Below are positions 13,538 through 26,810 of a DNA stretch of 64,000 nucleotides, piece by piece. Both the position numbers and the translations under genes were made by a program. The first letter of the stretch is position 1. Each line of letters begins with the position of its first letter. The notes beneath the pieces were generated by a model, which was not told the DNA's origin, did not search any database, and saw only the letters and a list, made by a program, of their open reading frames with translations. Origin of the DNA: Octopus sinensis (Eukaryota); the NCBI RefSeq assembly GCF_006345805.1, contig NC_043015.1, forward strand, positions 4,278,001 through 4,342,000. Direction: 5' to 3'.

Positions 13538-14587
13538 ATGAGTTAAAAATCTAATACGCTTTCTTCATTTTGCTTAGTGTTAAAATGCAACTATCTATTA
13601 AACGGATTCAGGAATAAAGTCATGTGCAAAATAATTATGAATCACATAAACAGTAATTGCACAAATATTCATCATTGATTTCTTTACACTCATAAACATG
13701 AATGAGTATGCCGTACTTCATGTTGTTTATTACAAAATGGATAAAGGAAGCCATTATTCTCTATAATTTTACATAACCACCTATATTGTTTAGGGCGCAT
13801 CTTTACGAAGATTGTAATTTGAAGCCTAGTGGATATATTATTGTGCACAATTATTTCAGCAAATGTTAAAAATTAGAATGCTGATCAGCACATTTATCAC
13901 TGAGTTTTAATTAAATTTAATACGTAAAATTAGGACGTATCGCTTATATTAATCCTTTTAGGAATGCTGCAATATATTACTTGTAATTTTCCTTGTTCTA
14001 ATAACGATGTTATCTCAGCGGAATTTATACCGACATTTCACACTATGCTTTAAGAAGAAATATAAAAAATTACATTAAAACATTAGGAGTGGAGTATTCG
14101 AGACACCATCTGATGCATATTTCAATAGGATTTGGGAAGAAGATGCTCAAAGTGGTTGATGACAATCGAGTTAAATATAAACTCTTCTTTCATTTACATG
14201 ACTTAGATCAAATAGTGTGATAAGCTCCAGATGTTGAAAAACTGGGATGAGTAGCACGATTTAATCTGGAGGGAAATCAATGCAAATTACATTGACACAC
14301 TCGAGAGCAATACCTATTTTCCCAAAGATAAATTTACATAATGCATAATTCGATTTGGCTGAGGATGAGAAAATGAGGATACAAGAGTTATTATCTTAAT
14401 GACGAAATGGATTTCCCCAAATGAGGAAAGGGTCATTTTTCCAAATAGGAGAAGTATATATCAACGAATATCATACGAAACTTTCCACATATTTGTGTTT
14501 ACTTCTGTACCTGAGGCCCTTCAGAGACTGTCGTCTCTACCTTCACAGGAATGCAAAATTTACATACAAATATAAGCATGCATGCCT

Positions 14588-14672
14588 GTATGTGTGTATG
14601 TATGTATGTATGTATGTATGTATGTATGTATGTATGTATGTATGTATGTATGTATGTATGTATGCGTGTATG
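14588..14672. repeat. (TATG)n microsatellite
   Basis: Direct inspection. Confidence 0.95.
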
Positions 14673-15150
14673 TATCCCTGCATGTATGTGTCAGACCGAG
14701 CTAATATAAGTACACAGTTGACCTGGTTACTACACATGGTTTGAGTGAATTAGAAAGAATAGACGGAATAGTGAAGGATATATATTTGTGTTCGCTCTTT
14801 CCTGGTTTGTCCTTGTGTTGTACACTTTCCTATAGATTCCAGTCTTCACTCATGCGTTGCCATTGACTCATATACATACGCAATGAATGCGCGTGCATGT
14901 GTGTGTGTGCGTGTATGTGTGTGCGTGCGTGTATGCGTCTCTTCGCCTTGTTATATCTATATCAAGAAAAATTGTTTTATATGCTACTTTGCAATATGAT
15001 AATGTAAATCATCAACTAGCTGAGTGAAATTTCGATAAGATTACTTTTGTATGAAACGGAACCATGCAGGAATAAATTTTATCTAAATATATCTCTATAT
15101 ATACGTGTATGCATTCATACACACACATTTATATATTTATATTTATATAT

Positions 15151-15263
<113 letters not shown>

Positions 15264-15360
15264 CATATTAAAAAAATATATATATAGGGTAGGAGAATTA
15301 GAGAAATTGTCTACCAGTGGCTAGCATAAATAGTCGGCAACATATTTTTTATATGCAATT

Positions 15361-15971
15361 AGTGTAGATTTATACACAAAAACCGGTGATCCTAACAAGA
15401 CACCTTACATGCTAACAGGAGCAGTCAAAGCCAATACCACGGTTAAGATTAATTTAGAAGTGTATGTAAAATAAAAACATTTTCAAATGTTACCACTTGT
15501 ATCTGGGTTTCGAACACTAATGAACAAATAAAATAATTTGCTATCCGTGATCTCTTCAGCAAGGGCGCTACAAATAATTTGGGGCAAATAGACAGCACAT
15601 GTCTCATCTTTATACGTTATGATTTTGAAATCCACCGCGCAGGCGCGGTTATAGTCGGCAGCAAATAAAATATACGTGTCGACCTGCGCGGGGGATTTGA
15701 AAACTTATAATGTATAAAGATTTGACGTGCGATGTCTATTTGTCCCATAATTATACGTTAATTTTAGCGCTCTTGCTGATAAGAACACGGATAGTAAATT
15801 ATTTTATATGCACCTTAATGGTTGAAATCTAGGTACAAGTGGTAATTATTGAAAATATATTTATTTTTAATTCCATTCGAAATTACTCTTAAACTGTGGT
15901 TTGGGATTTGACTGCTCCTTTTAGCATGTAACGTGTCATGTTAGGGTAACCTCATTGTGTATAAATGTACT
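15361..15971. mobile_element. foldback/MITE-like long inverted repeat
   Basis: Arms 15361-15643 and 15683-15971 are diverged reverse complements (e.g. TTACATGCTAACAGGAGCAGTCAAA / TTTGACTGCTCCTTTTAGCATGTAA; CCGCGCAGG / CCTGCGCGG) around a ~39 bp spacer. Confidence 0.85.
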
Positions 15972-16044
15972 TTCATTATAAATATATATACATATATAAA
16001 TATCAACACAGATATGAACATCTGTATGTACGTGTGTATATGAA

Positions 16045-16092
<48 letters not shown>

Positions 16093-16212
16093 TATATATA
16101 TATATATAATATATATATATATATACGTTTAAATATTTGTTGTGCAAGATTTTTTATATATAGTGCGTGTGTTTTTATTGGCTAAACTGGCAATATGACC
16201 ATTCCGAAATAT

Positions 16213-16266
<54 letters not shown>

Positions 16267-16667
16267 ATATAAGATTGAGTTGATAGATGGGTACGTGCGT
16301 TCATTTGCGTGTATGCATGTGTTTGTAGAGAACGGCGTCATGTTTTGGGATAGCTGCTATTTGATTCATTAAACAGGAATATGTACTATATAACTTCATA
16401 TAGATATAAGCATAATATATACATGCAGTTTGTTATCTACATACGCCCAGAGTTGGAGAGATGATAAAATTGAATCAATGCAGATAGGAAATATATTTTG
16501 CTCAAGGGGTAAAGGCATTATATTTTAGCATTGTTACAAACATTTCATATGTCAGACACGTATTCACCTATATGAATACTGTAAAGGAAATACTTTCATA
16601 AACAGTTAGTCAGAGTTTTTCTCGTTAACGTTCTCCAGAATTTCCCTTGCCCTCTCTGTGTCTCTAA

Positions 16668-16692
16668 ATATATATATGTATATATATGCACG

Positions 16693-16758
<66 letters not shown>

Positions 16759-16897
16759 CGTGTGTGCGTGTGTGTGTGTATGTGTGTGTATGTATGTGTG
16801 TGTATGTGTCTGCGTGTGATTATATGTGTGTGCTTGTGTCTGTGCGTTTGTGTCAATATGTGTGTATTTATATATGTATATGTGTGTGTGTGTGTAG

Positions 16898-16970
<73 letters not shown>

Positions 16971-16987
16971 CATATATATACATATAT
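16668..16987. repeat. (TA)n/(TG)n microsatellite
   Basis: Direct inspection. Confidence 0.9.
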
Positions 16988-17374
16988 TGGGAAAAATAAG
17001 TTATTCAAAACTAAATAAGGAAATCGAACCGGTGAGTATGTTAAGTATGAAAGCACTAAAAGAGAATGACTGTCCCTGGACACGATAAAATATGTTTCAA
17101 GAAACGAATTCACGTAAATAATCTTGCAAACCAAATACAAAAATGACATAAGTATGCGTGTGTGGGTGTGCTTGTTTGTGATTGTGTGTGATTGTTTGTA
17201 TATATGTGTGTGTGTTTGGGCGTATGTGTGTGTAAACAGAGAAAGATTGAGAGAGAGAGGGAGAGTCGGTGGATAGAGAGATGTGTGTAGGTTCGAAAAG
17301 TTAAGGAAAACTGGAATATACATCTGAACTGAAAATGTATGCTATCAATGAGAATAAATTGGGACATTCGGAGA

Positions 17375-17692
17375 CCAACTTCGGTCACGAATGACCATGT
17401 GATTGCACCTAGAAAGTCACCCTCCGAGGCACAAGTCCGGACAAGTTGGCAGTTGCACGAACATAACGGCCTCCCCATCTCCACGCCACTGATGTTATCC
17501 AAGGGAAATGCAAAGGCTTATACAGCTTGTCATCAGTGACGTTGCAACTCATTTCTACAGCTGAGTGAACTGGAGCAATGTGAAATAAAGTGTCTTGCTG
17601 ATGAACACAACACGTAGCCTGATCCGGGATGAATACTCAAAACCTGACGGTCGTAATTTCGGCGCTCTGTCAACTGAGCTACGCGCCTCCGC
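17375..17692 (-). mobile_element. tRNA-derived SINE, group A head (body 2 + tail Z)
   Basis: Head GCGGAGGCGCGTAGCTCAGTTG, then GTGTTGTGTTC..GCAAGACACTTTATTTCACATTGCTCCAGTTCACTCAGCTG (conserved central-domain-like). Confidence 0.75.
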
Positions 17693-18165
17693 TAGGAACA
17701 TTCATTCATATCTTATATGACAGTAAAAACTTTGAAGGATAGAATAATCAGGAAGAAAATTGTGGTAATAAGCCAGCCCTTGCTTTCCTTTATTTTATTT
17801 AAAATAAATTTGAACTAAACGCAACAAGTATTAATCTTCGTACCTTATGTTCCAAGAAAAATAGAGACGAGAAAACTGGTATTGGAGATATTCCTACGCA
17901 TTCCTCATGCAAAGGTAAAAATATAAAAACTTGTGTGTCATTATGTCTCTAAGTCCTGCGTTATATGATCAAATTCTGCGGAGGTCCACTTTGCTTCTCT
18001 TGTTTGCTTGGTCCATAAAAGAAGAGTAACACTTCAACATAGGTGTCGATGCAATCGACTTCTCTTTTTCCTTGAAACTGAAGGCGTTGTGCCAAAATTG
18101 AAACTCACATACGCATATGTTTATAAGTATATATCTAGAGGCACACTCACACACACACGCACACA

Positions 18166-18357
18166 GTCAGGCTCTAGGGCCCGGTTTCCCACTTTCTATG
18201 GTGTATGTGTCCTCCAGCTGGTCGAGACGCCAGTCCATCGCAACGCGAAATGAAGTATTTTGCTCAAGAACACAACGCGTCGCCCGTTCCAGGAATCGAT
18301 ACCACAATCTTATGATCATGATTATGACACCCTAACCACTGCGCCACGCGCCTCCAC
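18166..18357 (-). mobile_element. tRNA-derived SINE, group A (body 2 + tail X), internally deleted
   Basis: Head GTGGAGGCGCGTGGCGCAGTGGTTAGGG..GGTATCGATTCC; TTGAGCAAAATACTTCATTTC; tail GGGAAACCGGGCCC as in 728-1025. Confidence 0.8.
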
Positions 18358-18474
18358 ATATATACGAAAGATAATCGTTATATCCAACTTGTAGATATCT
18401 TGTTAGAACACCTCTAACAATTAATATATAATGTACATACATAGACAGTGAGATATATACTTTGGAGGAGAGAT

Positions 18475-18510
<36 letters not shown>

Positions 18511-19943
18511 ATTCAGCATTTATGTATGTACACATTATCGTCTGTATAGGCATGTAGTTATTTCGTTTTCGATGTCCAAATAATAAGAAAATATTTTGTA
18601 CGCAAATTTGCAAAAAGAGAATTGCTACTATGTCAGTGCAACATGTTACAGATAAATATCTTTACACGCAATTGAGTATCTTAGCCACATATTTTTGCAA
18701 CGGCAAAGCTGTCGAAATATGTGGTTCATTGTAGCTCACATACAACATGAGCTTCAAAAATAAATGTTATACAAAGTTCAAACAAGCTGTTACTCTTTAC
18801 CGATATATAAAATGCTATCCCGTATGACATTTTATTTCAACGATAATAAATTTTGTTGGAAGAAAAATATTTCATTTATACTTTCTTTTACTGGGCACAG
18901 CAGTGCAGTTTTACTGTGGAAAATGCTTCTATTCTAGATATTTATAGAATGTATTCCATTTCTAATTTCTTAATCACTAGATATCAACTCTTTCCGATAT
19001 TCTGTAACAGACAATTAAATAATATAACTGGTAAAGCTTCTAGCCTCTACCTCATCAGATTATATGCATATTTCAATGTAGCATCATTTTGCTATATTCT
19101 GTCTAAAGCAACCCTGTGGAATACACAGTTGCTAATGATTAAATTTCAGAATTCGGTTGTCGCTTAAGCCCTGATCATGCTTCTATAGCAATTCTCTTCT
19201 GCTACAGATTTACATATTCATATTTAGAATGATGCAGTGTATCATGAGGCAGAGAAACTCTCAGTGAATCTCGTTGCTGTTGTGTCGTAGGTTTACAAGT
19301 TGCTCTATTCCATATTTCCACGTTCACCTTGGATACATTTATTGAAGTACATTCATGTGATTTTCTATTAGAACTTGTTCTGGAGTGACAAAGAATATGA
19401 CTTCCAAACTTATAATGTCTCGAATATCTTGTAAATTTTCATTGCTCGTCTGACTAGATCAAACATGTAAATCAAAATCTGAATACTTACAAAAGACTCA
19501 AAATTGTTCTATGATTATTTCAACTGTGCATATCATCCAAGCGTGTGGATTCGGACCAGCAATCTATTCCCCACACGTCACATTTTATTGCTTTTGGAAG
19601 AAGCATATATTTGGGGATTGATAAATGGTAAATGTCATTCTTGTAGCAGTATAATTTGGATTTTCAGTTTTATTTGATTTTATGATCAAAATTAAAAAGT
19701 TTTTTAAATATTGTATTGTTTTCTGTCTCTTAAATTTGATGTAGCATCATATTAATATTATCGTCACTTTAGCATCTTAAAAAATTATATAGATTCTCCG
19801 TTTGCTCTACTCCCACTTAGATGGCAGCATTCCTTTTTCAGATTAGTAAATCACGCTGTGTTATGCCGAAGTAGAGTTAAGAATATACGGTTGAGCAAAC
19901 GGCGAACGTATTATGTTTCAAGCATGATTCGCGATTTAGACAT

Positions 19944-20309
19944 GGAAGCACTCCGTCGGTTACGACGACGAGGGTTCCGGTTGATCCGAATCAACGAAAC
20001 AGCCTGCTCGTGAAATTAACGTGTAAGTGGCTGAGCACTCCACAGACACGTGTACCCTTAACGTAGTTCTCGGGGATATTCAGCGTGACACAGAGAGTGA
20101 CAAGGCCGGTCCTTTGAAATACAGGTACAACAGAAACAGGAAGTAAGAGTGAGAGAAAGTTGTGGTGAAAGAGTACAGCAGGGATTGCCTCGTGGAGCTT
20201 TAGGTATTTTCGCTCAATAAACACTCACAACGCCCGGCCTGGGAATCGAAACCGCGATCCTATGACCGCGAGTCCGCTGCCCTAACCACTGGGCCATTGC
20301 GCCTCCACA
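19944..20309 (-). mobile_element. full-length tRNA-derived SINE, group A (body 1 + tail Y), with 12-bp TSD
   Basis: A box TGGCCCAGTGG, B box GGTTTCGATTCC. Flanked by CGATTTAGACAT at 19932-19943 and 20310-20321. Confidence 0.93.
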
Positions 20310-21825
20310 CGATTTAGACATAACGAATACCAGAACCGTAAATCTTCAACCTTCGGAAGCTTTTGAAATATGACTGTATTCAATATTCTGCATATATTAT
20401 AGTGCTACTGGGGAGTAACCATAAAGAATAAGAAATACGGTGACAATTTATACTTATATGGTTTCGCATTTCATTCTTGAATATCAGTTAGCTAAGAATT
20501 GAATTTTGCATTAGTCATCATTACATTTTCTTTTGCTTCTCCTTCTTATGACAGCCACTAAAACCTGGAATAATATTATACTGGTAGAGAACGGTTTCCG
20601 ATAATACTGAAAGTAGCTAAAATAGTGCATATCAAATATATCGACAATCTCAACAAAATATGCAACCCTTTATTCCAAATTAGAAGAGGTAATAAAAGAA
20701 CAATAGATAATCATCTAAGCAATATTTTAGTGAAGAGCGAAACATACACGGAGAATCCTATCAAATATCTGTATTATTTTCGCTAATTATGCAGAATGTA
20801 TTGATATAGAATTTGAATGTTTAAAGTAGATATTTTAATTGCATAACTGAATAGAGTGTGTTATTTTTTTAATACACAACTTAAAATATTGGAGGTGTTT
20901 TATCATAATTGGTCACGGAACAAGTGTAAATAAAGCATAATAGCAGCTCTTTTAGAACGTATCACTGGGAAACATTCTCGCTTTATAATATTTTCTTCAA
21001 AGAATCGTGGGAATGATTCTGTGTAAAGTAAAACCCAAATTACATTCAGTACAATTCCTCGAACTCATTTCTTCAAAGCAAATTTTCATTAAGATAAATA
21101 AAGAAATAAAAATGGAATTTTTATATTCATATGTGAAGACATTCAATTACCTATTGAAGATGAGATTGGATTTTCATTCTTTACAAATGAGTCGTTTTTT
21201 GAACTTTCCATTAAAATGTATTTTAGAATTCGACACGATCTTACTTGTAGTTAATTAAAAGAGGAAAAGCATAACAAAACAATAGTATACGAACAATAAG
21301 TTTTGCGTGTGACTCCATATAGTGATGTAAATTCAAAACAAAGTTCGACAAAGTTGCTTTTAAGAAAGTAAATTTACTACTATGGAAATTTCGGAGAAAG
21401 AATTTTTGTTGAGTTTTAATATTTGAAGACATGATTTAAATTAACTTTTCAAAGAATTTTTGTAAGACTTGTATGTTGTAAACAGAGGTATGTTACAGGA
21501 ACACGAACGGTCGCATTTAGTTTCCTATCACTAATATACTGGAAATACAAGTCTACATAAATTCGCTCTTCCATAACTGACATAGTCAATATGAAGTTAC
21601 AGGAAATCCAAATTTCACTGAAGTTAAAAAAATCAATTTATATCAAATCAAATATCTAAATCTCTTTAATAGCTCGTCGGAAAAAAAGTTTCTGGATAAA
21701 GCAGCGCTTGTATTGCATATGCGAAACAGATAAATCTGAATATGCCGTTAACGTAACTAATATGTCTAGGCCAAACACAAATTTAACTTAGATTCCAAAA
21801 ACCGAATGACGCAGAATTTCCTCCA

Positions 21826-22020
21826 CCTACGATTTCTCTCTTCGAAACGTGGAGTTGATGAAATTAAGGCGACTGAAGAAGGGGAATTGTCCTTGTTTGT
21901 ATATCCTGTACTCTAATTTTTCGTTGTTTAAAAAAATATGTCCATTTCCTCAGTTTTGTGTTTATGTTTTCGTTTCTCATTGTGTTCGACGTTTTTTTTG
22001 GTGTCCTGTACCCATATATG
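21826..22020 (+). mobile_element. short interspersed non-coding repeat ending at TA-rich microsatellite (family shared with 30040-30232)
   Basis: Shared tail TTTATGTTTTCRTTTCTCATTGTGTTCRA...GTACCCATA and GAAGGGGAAT motif. Orientation is arbitrary. Confidence 0.7.
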
Positions 22021-22096
22021 CATGTATATATACATGTAGAGGTAGGTACGTACATATATGTATGTATATATGCAATGTTTTATTCATTTATATATA

Positions 22097-22674
22097 TCAT
22101 CATCATCATTGTTCGACCGTGGTCAAGACAATGGAATTTACCATGTCTACGCCAGACTTCACGATCCATCATGGCATTACGGAGGTCCTGTTGCTGGATG
22201 CCTGTATCCCTGGAGATTACTTCAGGGTAGGAGAGTGTGCGCCATCTGGTATTGCGAGTAGATGGCTTCCAGAGGAGAAGAGTAGAAATTACTTCTTTTT
22301 CAGCTCTACAACAATGTCCAGCAAAGTGGACTCTCCTACCTTTCACAAGAGATGACACAGGTGGTAGTTTCCCATATATTCGCATTTTGGTTGGATGGCG
22401 CTTCCACGAGAGATTTTGAGCTCTCATAAGGAGGCGAGTGTAGGTTCCATCCAGCCGCCTCTCAAGCTTCTTTCATAACGTCCAGGTTTCTGGGCAATAT
22501 AGTCGAATTGGTTCGACTGTGGCTTTGAAGATTTCAAGTTTGAAGTCTCTACTTAGATTTGATGACCAGATCTTATGCATGTCATAACAGGCTGACCAGG
22601 CCTTACCCTTTCTAGTTAGAAAGTCTTTTCCAGATGATGATATGTATGACCCAAGATATTTATAATCAGAAAGC
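22097..22674 (-). mobile_element. RTE-clade LINE, 5'-truncated (RT C-terminus)
   Basis: One frame: DYKYLGSYISS...FKATVEPIRLYCPETWTL*KKLERRLDGTYTRLLMRAQNLSWK...RRVHFAGHCCRA...DREVWR, with a (GAT)n 3' tail. Confidence 0.92.
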
Positions 22675-22710
22675 ATATATATATATATACAGGGAGAGAG
22701 AGATAGAGAC

Positions 22711-22761
<51 letters not shown>

Positions 22762-22820
22762 TATAAATATGTATATATATATGTGTATACACACACACAG
22801 ACATGTATATATGTATATAT

Positions 22821-22879
<59 letters not shown>

Positions 22880-22924
22880 TGCGTGTTTGTGTGTGTATAC
22901 ATATATATTCTTGTATTCCTTTTC

Positions 22925-23295
22925 TTGTATCAGTCATTTGACAGCGGCCACGCTGAAGCATCACTTTTAAACGAACGAGTCGACCCCATGACTTATTATT
23001 TATGCGCATAGTACTTGTTCTGTCGGTCTCTGTTACCGAAACACTAAATTACAATGAGATAAACACACCACCATCTTTTATCAAGCAATGGTGGGACAAA
23101 AAGAGACTGGCAAACGCACTCAAACAAACCCCTTTTTAAAATTTTTTTCTTTGAGTTTCTGTCTACTAAATCCACTCAACAGGATTTAGTCGGCCCGAGT
23201 GTATAGTATAAGACACTTGCCGAATGGGCAACGCAGAGGGACTGAACTTGGAACCATGTTGTTATGAAACAAGCTTCTTACCACGCAGCCTCATG
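22925..23295 (-). mobile_element. SINE group C
   Basis: Head GGCTGCGTGGTAAGAAGCTTG..GTTCAGTCC; GGCAAGTGTCTT; GTGGATTTAGTAGACAGAAAC. Homologous to 34646-34810 and 63891-64000. Confidence 0.8.
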
Positions 23296-23475
23296 AATAT
23301 GTATGTGTGTGTGTATATGTACATAATACTTAGTTATACATGTGTGCGTGTGCTTGTGTGTGAGTTTGTTTGTGTTTGTATGTGCATATTAGCAGATAGT
23401 CGAAATGTCACAAATGAAATGCAATTGGTCATAGAATATGTGAAAACGAAAAAGAGAGATAAGGAGATACACTCG

Positions 23476-23864
23476 TCTACTTTAGACACAAGGCCCGACA
23501 TTTTGGCGGAGGGGGCCACATAAGATAGGGCCCAGTACGTAAATGGTACTTAATTTATCAATCCAGAAGTGAAGAAAGGCAAACTGGATTGCGGCAGAAT
23601 TTGAACTCAGATCGTAAAGACAGACGAAATACCTATTTCTTTACTACCCACAAGGGGCTAAACACAGAGGGGACAAACAAGGACAGACAAACAGATTAAG
23701 TCGATTACATCGAATCCAGTGCGGAACTGGTACTTATTTAATCGACCCCGAAATTATGAAAGGCAAAGTCGACCTCGGCGGAATTTGAACTCAGAACGTA
23801 ACGGCAGACGGAATACTGCTAAGCATTTTGCCCTGCGTGTAAACGTTTCTACCAGCTCACCGCC
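23476..23864 (-). mobile_element. SINE group B, tandem/nested dimer
   Basis: GGCGGTGAGCTGGTAGAAACG..GAGTTCAAATTCCGCCGAGGTCGACTTTGCCTTTCA..AAAGAAATAGGTAT, followed by a second, more diverged unit. Confidence 0.9.
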
Positions 23865-24774
23865 TTTGAGATAAGGAGATATTAAGAGACATAAGTTGTA
23901 CCGATATATAAGTATCGAGAGAAAGGCTCCACTTCAGTTTTGATTTATAATCTAATTGTTTATTACCAGAACATAGATTAGTAAACAATTTCTTCAACCC
24001 GAGATGATACAGTGTAGTGACAAGGTTTAACACCTTGCAGCTTGCTATAGCAACGGGCAAGTTTATTCGATGTATTGCCCTGTTTAATTTCTTTTTTTTT
24101 CTCCTTTGTTCTTTCAAATTGTTTTTACAATTGATTGAAGTTTATATATTACAATTATTCATTATGTACTATAATACTGCGTCTCACTGGCCGAGATAGT
24201 GCATGCTTTTTTGTGTTTGTTTGTTTGGTTTTTTTAAATATATTTCTCTTAATAAAAAGTTTTATTGCTGCAACATTGCGATACGTTATTCTCGAATTGT
24301 TCAGAGATCTCACACGGAGATCTAGAACTTTAGCCAAATTTATTCTATAGTCGAAGGATCCTCTCTCTGTGTATGACCGGGTATGATAAGCTATAATATA
24401 GTGAAATTAGATACGTGAAAAAACTTCCTGTAAACTTAGATATCCGTATTATTTCAATAATCTTTCAAGTGCTCAAAAATACATATTTTACAATTTTTCC
24501 TGTTTCTAAGAGGCAAGCTTCCCGTGGACGTTTCTTTCGAATGTTTCTCAATCTCTGTCGACATCATTACTCAAACTTTCTAATTCGTTAATTATTGCCA
24601 GCATATTCATTGTAGATTCCATATATACCGATCTCTCTTCATACAAAGGAATACCGTTATTATGTTAGCATTGTGCTGTAACGTATTATGGGCAGGTAGT
24701 GCTACGCGAGCATTCTTCAAGGTGATATAACGAATAATTGTTTGTGCATCAGTAAATGCGCGCACGCACACTGA

Positions 24775-24949
24775 CACAGACAGACAGAGAGACACACACA
24801 CACATATATGTTAGTGTCTATGTATGTATATACATACATACATACGTACACACACACATACATATATATATATATATGTATGTATATATATATATATATA
24901 ATATATATATATATACTATATATATATATATATATATAATATATATATA

Positions 24950-24993
<44 letters not shown>

Positions 24994-25021
24994 TATATAT
25001 ATATATATAATATATATATAT

Positions 25022-25061
<40 letters not shown>

Positions 25062-25065
25062 TATA

Positions 25066-25111
<46 letters not shown>

Positions 25112-25138
25112 TATATATATATAATATATATATATATC

Positions 25139-25210
<72 letters not shown>
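24775..25210. repeat. long interrupted (TA)n microsatellite
   Basis: Direct inspection. Confidence 0.95.
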
Positions 25211-25212
<2 letters not shown>

Positions 25213-25509
25213 ATTTCACTATCTCACGATCTCACGCAGTATATGTGCTTCGTTCACCAGATTCGTTCCGGTATACCGTTTGAGGATCTCTCTCTTAAAC
25301 CTGAATGACATAGGCAGGCGAGACAACTCTACCAGGATCGAATTCAGGAACGATGAGTACCGTTATTTCGACATTTTCGTAGCTTATCAACATCAGGTAC
25401 CTGAAATGAACCCTGGACGAATTGAACTGAACGTCAGTGATTATATGTAAATAGAACAATAACAGTTAATTCGGCGAAGAGACAAACCACATACATTGAG
25501 AATACGCAA

Positions 25510-25906
25510 TCTTTATATATAAAAGAGAGGTTGTGTGTCTGTCTCCTACGATTTAGATTCCTAACTACTCCCACATTTTGCGGTGCAGTTTAACCAAAAC
25601 CGGGTATCTTATAGTCGTGATTCATATCGAGCCCTTCTGGGTATTAGCGCGCGTTACGATGAGTCTACGATTTTAAAAAACATTTACCATCATTTTTTTT
25701 TCCATTTTAATGCATTTATTCGCTATTATATAAGGGAAGTAACTCTCTAAAAATGTCTACGATGAGTCAACGATTTTTAAAAAATTTACCATCATTTTTT
25801 TCCATTTTCAATGCTTTCTTTTGCTACTTTTGGGTTATAACTCTCTAAAAATGCTTATATAGTTATTTCCCTTACAAACCCGAGCAACGCCGGGCGATAC
25901 TGCTAG
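25510..25906 (+). mobile_element. complete non-autonomous Helitron
   Basis: 5' A|TC (TCTTTATATATAAAA), 3' CTAG|T, subterminal GC hairpin CCCGAGCAACGCCGGG (25879-25894), no TSD. Internal ~95-bp tandem duplication. Confidence 0.9.
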
Positions 25907-26399
25907 TCTATAATATTTCAGTTAATAACGCTGCTTCTAATTGCTATGGAATTTAATGTTATACGTCAATCGCTATGAGACATCATCAAAATCTTTGTTC
26001 AATATTGATTTCTTTCAGGATACTTAAGGCTCTTTCTACTTTAAAGCCGTTTACAATTACCGACGAAGGTACTGGCGTTAAGGTGCATACCGTCAACCTA
26101 AATCGTGTTAAGTTTATTCATAGTGTTGTTATCAATAATATTACTAGGGGATATTCTAAAATGCCTATTACTTTGCTGTTTGGTACTAATTCCACCTGAA
26201 AACTCACTTATCAGCTGAGTTATTTCCCCTTTTCTAATATATAAATTAAAATTACAGCTCATACAGTACTGTCATCATTATTATTATTATCATTATTATT
26301 AGTATCATTATCTATATTATTATTATTGTTGTTGTTGTTGTTGTTGTTATTGTTTTTGTTGTTGTTGTTGCTGCCGTCATCATTATTATTATCATGAAC

Positions 26400-26810
26400 G
26401 CCTCCAGCTGAACGAAATGCTTAGCAGTATTTCGCCCGTCGCTACATTCTGAGTTCAAATTATACCGAGGTCGATCAGCTTTTCATCCTTTCGGCGTCCA
26501 TAACTCAAGTACCAGTAAAACACTGGAGTCAATGTAATCGACTATACCTCTCCCCCAAATTATAGGCTTTGTGCCTTTAGTAGAAAGGATTACTAAGACG
26601 GTGAGATGGCAGAGCCATTAGAGCAATGGACGAAATGCTTAGGGGCATTTCGCAACCTTCTAGCATTCAAATGACGTCGAGGTCGACAACACCTTTTGTC
26701 CTATCGGGGTCCATTAAATAGGTAATATTTGAATACTAGAGTCGATGTTATCGACTTTACCCACCGACCAAAACAAATTTTAGGCCTTATGCCTATAAGA
26801 GAAAGGATTA
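26400..26810 (+). mobile_element. SINE group B, two tandem degenerate copies within ATT/ATC repeats
   Basis: Two units with GAAATGCTTAG..GAGGTCGA..TTTC(A/G)TCCT(T/A)TCGG..GGCCTT(G/A)TGCCT..AGAAAGGATTA. Confidence 0.8.

Noticed and set aside
19991-20224. ORF nearly identical to 1962-2162 (apparent paralogous small protein)
   Set aside because: The similarity comes from two copies of the same SINE.
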